64,000 nt of DNA from positions 401,218-465,217 of the forward strand of contig NW_019217858.1 of NCBI RefSeq assembly GCF_002571385.2, written 5' to 3'. A program made the translations under genes and the position numbers. The stretch is from Stylophora pistillata (Eukaryota). Within the stretch, counting starts at the first letter, position 1. Each line of letters begins with the position of its first letter. The notes below the pieces were generated by a model. It did not search any database and was not told the origin of the DNA. It saw only the letters and a list, made by a program, of their open reading frames with translations. Of this stretch, positions 21,601 to 31,686 are shown in pieces.

Positions 21601-24600
21601 TTGGTATTATTTCATATGATTGTACACGTCCTAATAGGATGAAACTGACAGGCAAGTTATGTATTATTAACATCAACAAACACCCTGCAAATAATCACAT
21701 CGTGTTTAGTTCCTGTAGCTTTTTCCTCATTTTCACTTTCTACTAATGACAACATTATTCCAAAACGTTCTCTTCAATCAGTCTCTCTCGATTATTGTTA
21801 ACCATAAAAAAACCACAACTGTGGCCACATACCCAGTCGCAGCGAAAACCACTCTGCGTACAAACTTACCATATGGTGCAATTTGTTTAAATGATTTTCC
21901 ACCTTGTTCAAGTCCTCGTTCAAGCTCCTCTTTTGTTTGAGTTTCCAGGTCTTCACAGTTTTCTCCTCCTTATCCCTCTCCTCGTGAGGCTTCAGGTTGA
22001 ACATCTGCATGATGCGATCGTCAGGGAAATAACCGTCTTCTCCGAAAAACTGCTCGATAAGAATCTCGAACCCTTCGAAGCGTGCGCCTGCCTCCAGGAC
22101 ATTGATGGATGTTCCGAGGACGTCGACGGTAACGTTAACCATGGCACTGCGTGGGAAGAAACTGGTCGGATGATAAATAAGGTGGCTCTGAGCTGATCCA
22201 CCGAACCTCAGGACATCTGTTAAATGTGAACACAAGAAAATTGAAATTGTGTTTTGTCACTAAAGTTTTGAGAACCTTCATCCTTATTCCGCTGCAACAC
22301 CTGAAATCGAGTTAGCTTGGAGAATTTGGCTTTCAAAAAACTTACATTAACCTAATTGATATTCTTCTCTCTTTTCGTCAATTGTCTTCTTAATATTGTA
22401 TTGCTCTTGTGAAAGAGGAATTATGTCTACCCCACTCGTGCAAATTGATCTTACCGCTGTAAAATGAGCCTTCCCAAGCACGTGAAAACCTTAATCTGTT
22501 CAGGTTGAACTCTCGTAGCTTCATTCCATTGAGGGCGTCTTTCATCATTTCAGCTTGAGGCAGACCATGAACTGGCTCTGTGGAGTCCATGGCGTTAGTC
22601 ATGTGGGACCAAACAAAAGAACCAACTTGATTGTTCACTTCATTCTTCAGGATTTCGGCGATGCTCCTGAACACCTCTGGACTTGGGCACTTTGTGAGGG
22701 CAAGATAAGCTGCGATACGGATTTCAACATCCACGTTAAATTCGCCATAGATCTGCAAGACCTGGTCTGTCATCTTCTTACTGCAAGGCAAGCGACGAAG
22801 GGCCTCAAGTGCTGCGATGCTCATGTTCACGGGTGCTTCTAAGTTCCAGGCACAATTGAGTAAGACATTTTCAGCTTTTAAAGGTCGACCAGCGTTTCCT
22901 ATGGCCTTCAGGGTGATGATAAAGTTCTCAAAATCTTCCGGTGTTTTGCCCTTGCATTCTTGACCCAGACGGGACAAGAAGAAGTTTTCAGCCTTTGTAA
23001 TGGGGTTTTCTGGATCCTGAAAAGAAAATTGATAATATCAGAAATCTTTTATGAAAGCCTTTTGATACTACTACTGATAACAATAATAATTATTATGATT
23101 AGTGATAATGATGATGATGATAATGATAGTTATACTATTACTAAGGAAAATTACATTATCGATAATAATGACGATTGTCGTGATAATGACAACTATTGTT
23201 TTCATGGCGTTAAATCCACGTAAATACTATCATCTTATGCGCGCTTTAAGGTGAAGTGTTTCAATAACAATTTAAGTCTCAGCAAAGTTTAAATACAGAA
23301 GGAAAAAACAAGGACTACCATGTTTAACTTGAAAAATAACCAAACATTCGTATTTTGCATGTGCTAATCTAAGAATACACATTTTGAGGGATACTCTACA
23401 ACTTAACCTTTACCCCTCAACTCCCACGATCCACTTAATAACTCCTCCTACTCACTGCCATACTTTTCCTTGTAAATTACACAGGAGAGTATAGCCTTAT
23501 TCCAAAATAACGGCCTCTAGCTGAAAAGCTTTTCTCTTCTCATAACCTTTTTACAAGACAACTTATTGGAATTGGAAGGAGATGTTACATGCTAATCTTT
23601 TAAAGCTTTTATCAGACTGGTACAGTATCGTTACCTTTACCTGATCATTACATTCCTGTGGCTTGCTTTCGCAAACTATGTGAATGAGTGTTCCAAGAGT
23701 CAACATGGCGGTTCTTCCAGGGTTCTCCTCACACAGCTCTAACACGTGCTCGACTGTCTCCTTTGTGGGATTTCCTGCCATAGCCAATCCAGCGAGAAAC
23801 ATGTTACCACGCTCATGGTTGACCAGCTTCTTCCTGATGGCATTGCTCATTACTTTTGCGCATCCTCCTGTACCACAGTGAGGCAGAGCATCGTAGAAGT
23901 ATTCGCTAAAAGAGAGAAAAAGGAACGTAACATCAGTAAAGGAAATCTCATGTTCTATGCGTGGATAACTAAGGGTTCACACAATCAAAAATTTTCTAAA
24001 CCGCTGTCTTCGACTTTCGCATCAAGTTAGCTGAAATTGACTATGCTGTTGTTTACTATGTTACAAAATAAAAAGTAAGAAATTGCTTCTAATCCTGTGA
24101 ATTTGGAGGATATTCAACTATATTTTTTCTGATATTTGATATATGATTGGTGGTGCGCGATTACTCCAACAAAATTCGCCGAAAAGCACTTTCATGTGAC
24201 ATTTTTTTCTCGTGTAACGACATTGCCAAAACTTCAATATCAAGCCTGTGGACAGTGTTTCTACGTAGAGAAAAAAATTTCACTTACCGCATTTTAGGAT
24301 CTTCTTCGTTATGGATTTTCTGCCACAAAGTTTCCATGGCTGGCGTGCTAAGCTTGCGGATGCTAAACACAAGGTTAGAGAAGTGCTGGGCCGACTCGGG
24401 CTTTGTTGACTGTTTCGACTCCTTACTTAGGCGGCTTGCCCAGTAAAATGCATCCGTAATAGCTTCCTGGTTAGACTGGGGCTGAGCATGGGCATACCTC
24501 AGTGAAACTGGGCGAAGTCTCTCTAAAAATGTAACAAAAATACTATGTTTAGAAAGTAAGACCTGAAGTCCAAATTTCAAGTATATGTTTAACTTTTTCA

Positions 24601-27600
24601 CCCTCGTGTTGTCACAAATATGATCGATAGTTTAACATACGGGAGATTGTTATTAATTTCCCTTATTTTCTCTTTTAGAACGCTGCTCTTGAGGTTTTAT
24701 TATTCAAATTATTTGATTCTTTTCCATGGGTATTGCCATTAAACGAGGTCTACTCGTTTAGTGACTGGCTTTGAACAAAAGGAAAGGGAAAAAATAATCG
24801 CAATAACCACAATTACATCCAGCTGACTATCATATCCACCTAATGTTTATAAACTGCTATGAGCTCAGGATTGCTTACGATTTACATGAGCTGATTAAAA
24901 GAAAGTACAAATATCAAAATAAATCACCTACCGAGAGGTACTGCAGTTTCAGATGCGGTGAGGATAGACTGCAATTCCAAAACTTGTCTATAAAGGAACG
25001 AAAATATATCATTATGATAGAGAAGAATGACTCTTTATAACCCTTTAACCCCCTCCGCCCCAAGGGTAACTAACAACCAATATCTCCCGACCATACCACC
25101 CCTGAATCAAGCATTAAGATCACGAAAAAAAGAGAAATGATCACTAACTAAAGAGAATCTTGATTGTCAATTATTCTCTCCGTCGATACCTTAGGAAATG
25201 AGTAGAACACGATGTGGAGAATGTACCTACTGCAGTAACGTAAATGGCAATTTGGTGAAATTTCGTCAGAATCGTCACTTTCGCCAAATTCGTAAGCTTT
25301 TTGGGGCCCTTTTATATCATATCTACTCATATCTACTTACTCGTATAATTTCGTCAGCAACCTTGGCGAAATTTCGTCTGAATCGTCACTTTTGGCTGAA
25401 TTTCCACAGATTGACAAATTTCGTAAAATCCGTCAACATTGTCAACAAAATTTCGTAAAATCTGCCATTTTTGTTACTACATGCATTTCTGGACATTTCT
25501 TGCATGCTGATGCAGAAGGGTTAAGTGTGAAAGTGAAAAAAATTACTAATTAGAAGCTATGAGATTATCAATGAGTAATGATTACTTTGAAATACATGCC
25601 CAAATTAGAAATCGCTGTACTTCTTAAACAAAACCATACCAGTCGATTTTACTTTGAGTTAATTCATCACACAGAACATCTGCTACCTTATTTTAGTTAT
25701 TGCTCCAGAGGCATTCTTGTAACCGCCAGAGAACGGGCGGAAAAGATGGTCCTCCTCACACACTACCTTCTGGGTGCGTTTTTTTGCGGTCAGGTACAGC
25801 TTACATGTGCTGTTTGAATGTAGTAGGCTGATGGGCTGTTAAAAAAAAAAAAACAAACAAAACAAAACAAAAAGGAGATAGTTTCGCAACGACGATTTAA
25901 GATTTAAAACGCAGCTAAAGGTTTCCTTAAATATTGGATGACTATAACGGTATAAAGAGACAGTCGACGTCACATGGTATTCCTTTGGTTGCAATGCAAT
26001 CCATGTCACGCTTTCGTCCTTATTTGCCGAGTATTTTATTTGACTAAGAAACTATCGTGGTTATTGCGTGAATAAGTTGTCCCTGTTTTACTCCTGTTTG
26101 AATTTTGGACCTCGATGTTCTTTACAACTGTCAAGCTTACGCTTGTGTTTAGTGGCTCGACTTGTAGACAAAGCTACTTGACCCTTTGAAAACAGTGATA
26201 GAAAAACCTCTCTGGTTACCTTTTCTTCATAAGAATGGACGTGAATGCCGATGTCGGTCTGTGCACGATCTGTACACTCAGTCAGATTGCGTGTCTTGTA
26301 AACGATTTTCGGGCGTCTGCTCAGATGGCGTGATTTAATCTCATAACGCGCCTTGCACCTACCAACGACATCGTCCTACAATGCAAGACAAAACAATACT
26401 TAAGATTAATCTCCTTTATACATTTAGTTATAAGAGAAGCATTATGGACGATATAACTCTTTTCACAAGATACGCCATGACGTCCTTAAGACTTTCTAAG
26501 CCAACTGAGAAACTCTGTTGAGAAAAGCGATATTTCAAACAGAATTATGAGTCAACGAAGAAACAACAGGAACACACGAAAGATAAATGATCGGGCAAAC
26601 ACGTACAAAGACATCATTTTGGTTGTATCCAATGAGTTTATAACGTAAATAGGCCACCGTAAAGAGTTTCAAAGCTGACGTTTCGAGAGTTGGCCCGTCG
26701 TCAAAGCGAATGATTGTTTAGGAATGAGACTATAATTAAGAGATGAGACAATAAAAATGTACGTATCGTAAATAAGAAGGGCCACCTTTTTCAAATGCAC
26801 TAATAAGCTAACTATTTAACCCACATGAGTGACCAGAACAGAACTTCTCCTGACAAAATCAATTCAATAGCAAGCAGATAACTGATGAGAATTAGGAATG
26901 ATCAGTAATCGATCAAAAACTAAATTCTCCGAACCGACCACGTGAAAATTGTATGGCAGACTGTAAGGAGAATAAATAATGAAATTTTTTTAGAATGCAA
27001 AGGATAAACTAAGGATTTATCTCTTTATAATTTGCAACATCATGTAAACGCTGACACCCTATTCAAATCGATAACGTTAACCAATTATAGTTCAAAATTG
27101 CTCAAAAATATAGAAGGAACAGCTAAAAGTCCAAATGGAGCGTGGATGGGCAATATTGGAGCAGATTTCGTCAGATTCTATTCCAGCTCGACTTACATAT
27201 AAGAATCAGCATAACAGAAATCTTACCTCCTCTAGGGTGGCATGATCCTCAACAAACTGCACCTGAAGTGCACTGAGGATACCTCTCTTGATGTTCAAAA
27301 CATGAGAAGGCTCCTCTGGATGGGCGAGGATCTCAGTGATGCGTCCTGCATCCATTCTGAATACAAGGTCTTGAGCTTGAAGCTCTTCAGCAAAAGCTGT
27401 TGATCCCTGGGATATTTGATAATCCAAGGGACCGGGGTTCTTGCTCTGTGCTTCCCAGAGCTCAACTGTGTCGATCTGGAAGATAAACAGGTTTGACGAG
27501 TTTTCAACCTTAAGAAAGAACTAGTTTTTTTCGGCTGTAGTAAGTGGGCGGAGTAGATTTCGACTTTCAATCTCTGTATTTTGTCATGGGAGCAAGTTAG

Positions 27601-30600
27601 ATGTCACAAGTAATCTAATAGTTGAAGAGATTGAAAACTGAAGTTTACTTTTCTTGTTATAGAATTTCATTTCTTTTTCGAAACAACGCGCCCGCCCCCC
27701 ATCCCACCCCTATTGTAATAAATAATCTTAAGGGAAGTTTCAGCATACTGCGAAAGTAGACTTTATTTACCATTTTTAACGTGCAAAAAAAACGTTTGAG
27801 AGCATTGGCGAAGTTCCACAATCCACAATGCAAACTTGTAAGACAATTAATCACCAAAGGAAAACATATGCGAAAATACTCGAAGAGGCGGTCTGGCATG
27901 CGATATGGAAATATGATGAATTTTGAGGGGTACAAAGTGCACTCTTAAGAAATAATTTTTCATGTTTACAGGAACTTCAGACGCCTTATTTCGCGTTTCT
28001 GCGTCATTGCGTTGGAGGCGACTGTACGCCAGTACAGCTCTTGTATTAAGCAGTCAATGAACAGTTCTTTCATTAAGCAGTTGATTAGCCACGGTAAAAG
28101 TTTGAAAAAGAAAGAAAAAACCTCTTTTGTAACCTACAAATGAAGCACATGACTACTCGGGGTCTTAAGTGTAAGGAATGTTTTTTCAATACATTTCTTG
28201 CCAGATTTCGTGGCATTTCCGCTTTTACTTGCATTGAGCTATTTCAAGACGTGAAAGCCATCGCGGTGGTCATTGGTCACTTTAGAATATGGATTACACA
28301 GCTCTTATTTAGTCTTGCAGCAACATGTTTCGTGCTGAGGTAAAGTCAAATCCATATTTCTTCTGTCTCGGTGCTATTCTGAGGTCAAAATTCACGTTGG
28401 AAGCGATATGTTTGTGAAACGACCGATTGCACATAGGATATAACTTAAAGTGGATAAGTTTACCGCAAACTGAACATTGACCTCGGAGGAATGAGAGACA
28501 AATGAGCATTAAAATTATCTTTTTTCCTATAAGGCCGGATGTTGTCTGACTCGGCATGCAGTTAGATGCGTGATGAATATTCTGGTATCCTATCTTATGC
28601 ATTTCTCCTACAGTTCACTCGCGTTCACTAAATAAATCAACTTTTTTTATTTTTCGTTGAGCAGAGCGCAAGTTTTCAGCAGTTGCATGATCAGTTGAAA
28701 TGATGAAATCGATCCTTGTCAATTTCATCCTTTCATCATTTAATACTGTACGTTTCAATTGCGAGGGAATTCTGTTTGGTACTCGATTAATATCCATTCT
28801 GATGGGATCGATGAATAAGAAAAACAATCTGGTCAGTCTCTTGGTTGAGAACTCTCATTGAGTATTTCCAGATCAAAATGCTCAATTCATTGACAAGTTC
28901 ATACGACATAAGAAGTAAGATTTTGGTTGGGTCCACAATTCTCTCGCGAGCTTTCTCGCGCGCGCTCTTTGGAAATGGCTAAAAATAATCATTTGAAACT
29001 CGACTTTGGACCAGTTAGACCAGTTTTGTTTTCACGATTTCTGCTCTCCTGACCTCTCCATGGAAAAGCTGTCTCAATTTTCGTCTTCAATCCATCACAA
29101 TCAATTTAACTGAAGTACAAACCCCATCAAAGCCTTGTTTTATACTAGCCGTTGACAAACAAGTGCAATCGTAAAAAAAAGTCAGCGAGCGTCGATTCTC
29201 TCCAATTGGAAAAAAAAGATCGTCATGTTTTGTAAAATTATAGCTTCGAGTTCTTAAAATCCATAGATTATCCATCAGGCTTTTGCATACCGTCCGGTTA
29301 AGAAGTGAATCACCCATTCAGACAGAGTATCAGTAGCACTCAATTATCTAAAACGTTACGTAACGAAGACAGAAATGCGAACACGGAATGGATGCCAAAA
29401 TGTGAAATTGAAACGACAGAATCAACATACAGTTTTAATCCTCGAAAGGCGGGAAGGGGATGGGGAAGCTTTACTCACTTCAAGAGCTCAAAAAATTTTA
29501 CGAAGCAAGAGCTGAAGAGACAAAACTACAGTTGTTTTGATACCCTAATCTCTAAGAAAGCATTCATTTTGCAGACCGATACATGAACTTATTGGCAAAA
29601 TCAAGTATTACGACAACATACAGATTCTCAATTGGATCCCCTCTTCACAGCGTATCTTTGCTTCTCGAAAAGTTCGAAGGAATTACCCTAGGGGTAACCG
29701 GGCGCGGAGGATAACACGAAATATTTGGGAAAGAGTTGCGGCGAGTCATCGACATATTTTATCATCAAAGAAAGCGATTTTGTTCGCAAAGGTCAAATCT
29801 TTTTTCAAAGTTTCGAGACCTAAGAACCTTCCTGGTGAAAATGAATCAGTCTAACAGTGGATTAGCGGGTGGGATAAGACCAGATCAGGGGAATATTGCG
29901 GGATTGGATGAAAATTACATCCAATAACAAAAATAAGGCAGCATTTCACACGAAACAAAAATCGCTTTTTTGTAATGCTTCAAAACTAATGATTGACTGC
30001 AAAGATTAGTTTCCTCGATTATGGTGGTCTTATCAAGTTGAATAGTTCTTACGAAGAGTTATTTTTCGAAACAACAACCTCGTGACTAAAGAAAAAACAT
30101 CCAATCAATCAATAAGTATCGAGTTTCGAGAGTCTATAAAAAAAACTTACCTTCAAGACATGCTGACATGGTGCAATGGACTTGACGACACATCTTGCGC
30201 GGATTTTCAACCCTGAGCGGGCTGAAGACGAGCCTGCAACACTACTTATTGATTCTCCTTCATAATTGTAAGGAAACTCTTTTAAATGATGAAATCTGTT
30301 CGACCCTAGATAAAGGAAAAGCAGGAAGCAAGGTCAAACATCTGAAAAGTGTGCAAAACTTGTAACGCAACACAGGTGCCCCGTGACTTTTGCCAAAGTC
30401 CTGCGCGTGCTTCCAGCGTGCTGTAAGCCAATCAAACCCCATGCATTCTGTAGAATTGATTGTCAACAAGTCCGTCGGAGATTCGATGTCATTTCCGGAA
30501 TTTTTTTTTTGGCTACCGCGAATCCCATGACTCAGAATTGTTCAAGAAGAAAACGCAAGCTTGGAAGAAAACACCTAATAATGATTGCAAAGCTATGTGA

Positions 30601-31428
30601 CAGTACTCCTTTAGTGATCTCAAACGGCAAAATCCCACAGATCAAATTAATACTGTGGCAATCTGCCATTTTGGAAAACGTTCACATCTAAAGGGTCGAC
30701 ATCTTCGCTTAAAACAAATGTAGAACATGTAAACTTTACTTACTCTTGTCGCATTCCGGCGGCCTCTCTCCATGAAGAGACGTGGGCGCTACAAGAAATG
30801 TACGAAAGTAAATCGTTAATCAAGGTATCGAGCTTCCAGAGCAACCAAGATACTATGACATAATTAAAAACAGGAGGAACAATAAACAATTCAGGAGAAC
30901 CTGAAACAAGATTAACCAAGGATATAAATAGTTATTGCCCATAATTTTTCTGTTTCCCTCCAGCATTCAACATATATCTTTTCTATTAAGTCCCCTCGGG
31001 AAAGAACCAGAGCAGTACGATAGAAAACCGATGTGTCCCCGAGATATCGACGGATTTCGTGTTCTTGGCTTGCTCGGGCAATTTGTGACCAAACTTGCCT
31101 CTGTACAAGAGCGAATTTTGACAATTTGACAACATGTCGTTGGAAAATCGTTCTATGTTTCTGCGATTAGAGGGACAACAGCCAATAAGAACGCAGAACG
31201 AGCGAAATCGACAGAGCTGAAAATTTGCAAATCATCTCGAAATAGGGCACACGCAAACAAATGCTGCAGCCAGAAACGATGCAAAATCGATGGAGCCCTG
31301 TATTTTGAGTGGAAAATCCTAATCTGATCGTCAAAGAATAAAACCTTTCTTGAAGTAAAACGAAAGCGATAGAATCACGTACCCGCAAATGCCCCAGTGG
31401 CCAACAACACGAATAAAATGGATCTCAT
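3203..31428 (-). CDS. Apolipophorin/ApoB-like large lipid transfer protein (vitellogenin superfamily), 19 coding exons, ~5,974 aa, with one in-frame UGA at 5082-5084
   Basis: Manual splicing gives join(31383-31428,30744-30788,30151-30305,27227-27475,26220-26375,25687-25835,24932-24987,24288-24522,23641-23905,22455-23016,21870-22216,20975-21321,20221-20403,19817-19883,6062-19493,5334-5744,4766-5152,4078-4452,3203-3660) = 17,925 nt, all GT-AG with matching phases. LLTP motifs: YNYEG..SGLKI, NIKRGILSALQ, EDDVVGRC..Y, DALPHCGT, LKAIGNAG, EIRIAAYLAL, NQVGSFVWSH, FPRSA, PTILGLPL, PYFPFSGP. VWD motifs: HVYTFDG, GLLG..FVNSW. Confidence 0.93.
4078..4452 (-). CDS. Exon 18: VWA-like domain, N-half (AVDVVVFVPETS…RFGVVGFGG…ALEAMAYAA…FRP)
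   Basis: ttcttag acceptor, G|GTGAGT donor; Rossmann/VWA-type strand pattern. Confidence 0.85.
4766..5152 (-). CDS. Exon 17: VWD end plus C8 domain, with in-frame UGA
   Basis: ttcttcag acceptor; GLLGTNNNEFHDEMMTINNTPAK*LTDFVNSWEIS…C…F…VNPGPFVKAC…C…AAY; G|GTAAGT donor. Confidence 0.88.
5334..5744 (-). CDS. Exon 16: von Willebrand type D (VWD) domain
   Basis: TAMIFGGPHVYTFDGTYYKFPG…CMYVLARD…WFHGRMA; G|GTACGA donor. Confidence 0.92.
6062..19493 (-). CDS. Exon 15, giant 13,432-nt exon: DUF1081-like start, beta-repeat belt, amphipathic helical repeats
   Basis: ttccaacag acceptor, A|GTAAGT donor, uninterrupted 4,476-aa ORF in the track. Confidence 0.93.
9771..10034 (-). repeat. 8 x 11-aa coding repeat (xxQNYTxxLxx)
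   Basis: KVENYTRILKA KVQNYTRFLRE RVQNYTKIVQV … HLKNYTVILKG. Confidence 0.88.
11682..11945 (-). repeat. 8 x 11-aa coding repeat (NxTxHAxxLYx)
   Basis: NITVPALNLYS NISTHALQFYG NATFHAVRLYN … NATVIAIKFYN. Confidence 0.88.
16203..18542 (-). repeat. 30 tandem 78-nt / 26-aa coding repeats (consensus ~NEKSLKFNASALNKTVEAxWTFLNLT)
   Basis: Counted in the translation; 30 x 78 = 2,340 nt with no indels. Confidence 0.92.
19817..19883 (-). CDS. Exon 14 (SSLFVTLNDEKLAIEGAPRRIE)
   Basis: ttctcgtag acceptor, GAG|GTAAGC donor, phases 2-0 bridge exons 13 and 15. Confidence 0.82.
19895..20107. mobile_element. piggyBac-like MITE in intron 13
   Basis: (t)gaaCCCTTT…AAAGGGttaa ends; same family at 25037-25524 and 26815-27007. 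Confidence 0.65.
20221..20403 (-). CDS. Exon 13
   Basis: tttgtag acceptor, TC|GTAAGT donor, phase 2-2. Confidence 0.87.
20975..21321 (-). CDS. Exon 12: DUF1943-like (KMFGNELR…PTILGLPL)
   Basis: tttgtag acceptor, AG|GTAAA donor. Confidence 0.9.
21870..22216 (-). CDS. Exon 11: DUF1943-like, contains KQKR|S candidate convertase site
   Basis: ttaacag acceptor, ATG|GTAAGT donor; FPRSA and LEAGARFEGFE motifs. Confidence 0.9.
22455..23016 (-). CDS. Exon 10 (LKAIGNAG, EIRIAAYLAL, NQVGSFVWSH)
   Basis: ttttcag acceptor, G|GTAAGA donor; conserved LLT motifs. Confidence 0.93.
23085..23195. repeat. Imperfect (GAT/AAT)n microsatellite in intron 9
   Basis: gataatgatgatgatgataatgat…. Confidence 0.7.
23641..23905 (-). 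CDS. Exon 9 (YFYDALPHCGTGGC…); alternative in-frame donor would end at 23635
   Basis: ctcttttag acceptor; tandem donors CAG|GTAAAG and AAG|GTAACG. Confidence 0.88.
24288..24522 (-). CDS. Exon 8: start of LLT alpha-helical domain
   Basis: atttttag acceptor, CG|GTAAGT donor; matches ORF 24284-24601. Confidence 0.88.
24932..24987 (-). CDS. Exon 7 (RQVLELQSILTASETAVPL)
   Basis: cctttatag acceptor, G|GTAGGT donor, phases 2-1 bridge exons 6 and 8. Confidence 0.8.
25037..25524. mobile_element. piggyBac-like MITE carrying a nested TIR element (25231-25481)
   Basis: Outer ends taaCCCTT…AAGGGttaa; inner TIRs tgcagtaacgtaaatggca / tgccatttttgttactaca with internal AAATTTCGTC repeats. Confidence 0.6.
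25687..25835 (-). CDS. Exon 6 (…VCEEDHLFRPFSGG…GAITKI)
   Basis: ttttaacag acceptor; C-x-E-x-H-x-F-x-P-F motif; weak AG|GTAGCA donor, phase 2 fits exon 7. Confidence 0.85.
26220..26375 (-). CDS. Exon 5 (DDVVGRCKARY…KTRNLTEC)
   Basis: ttgtag acceptor, AAG|GTAACC donor, E-D-V-x-G-x-C-x3-Y motif. Confidence 0.9.
26674..26707 (-). ncRNA. Degenerate minimal type I hammerhead ribozyme motif (Penelope-type)
   Basis: gct TTGACGA cgggc caac tctc GAAAC GTC agc; CUGA core mutated to UUGA. Confidence 0.5.
26815..27007. mobile_element. Decayed copy of the same MITE family (intron 4)
   Basis: ttaaccc…gagtgaccag…ttctcc…atgagaat…aaattctcc…ggagaat, similar to 19895-20107. Confidence 0.5.
27227..27475 (-). 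CDS. Exon 4: LLT N-sheet (…LNIKRGILSALQ…)
   Basis: ttccag acceptor, GAG|GTAAGA donor, hallmark NIKRGILS motif, phase 0-0. Confidence 0.92.
30151..30305 (-). CDS. Exon 3: start of Vitellogenin_N (FPYNYEGESISSVAGSSSARSGLKIRARCVV...PCQHVLK)
   Basis: cctttatctag acceptor, AAG|GTAAGT donor, typical LLTP N-terminal motif. Confidence 0.9.
30744..30788 (-). CDS. Exon 2 (45 nt): APTSLHGERPPECDK
   Basis: ttcttgtag acceptor, A|GTAAGT donor, phase 1-1, open frame. Confidence 0.7.
31383..31428 (-). CDS. Exon 1: signal peptide MRSILFVLLATGAFA
   Basis: ATG at 31426-31428, hydrophobic core ending AFA, donor G|GTACGT, phase 1. Confidence 0.8.
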
Positions 31429-31478
31429 ATCGCGTTGTAGATCCAAAGTGCGACTGCAGAGAACTTGCAAGCTCTCTT

Positions 31479-31686
31479 CTTTTTTACAGAGCCACTCCTC
31501 ACCCCTGGTGAGAACAAAAGGGTACCGATCGATAAACGCCAGCGGAGATGAGTGACGTCTAGAACTGAAAGTGGCCAATCAGCACTCAGTTTAGAAATAA
31601 AACAATAAAAATTTTCCAATCAGAGCCGATATACTGCGTAGCTGAGTCAAAGTTCAAATGTGTTCTCTTACGGCAAATCAGCCAAT
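31479..31686 (-). promoter_or_regulatory. Proximal promoter of the lipoprotein gene
   Basis: TATA-like TGTAAAAAAG (31479-31488); CRE-like TGACGTCT (~31553-31560); three CCAAT boxes (31575, 31616, 31682); DR1-like GAGTCAAAGTTCA (31644-31656). Confidence 0.45.
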
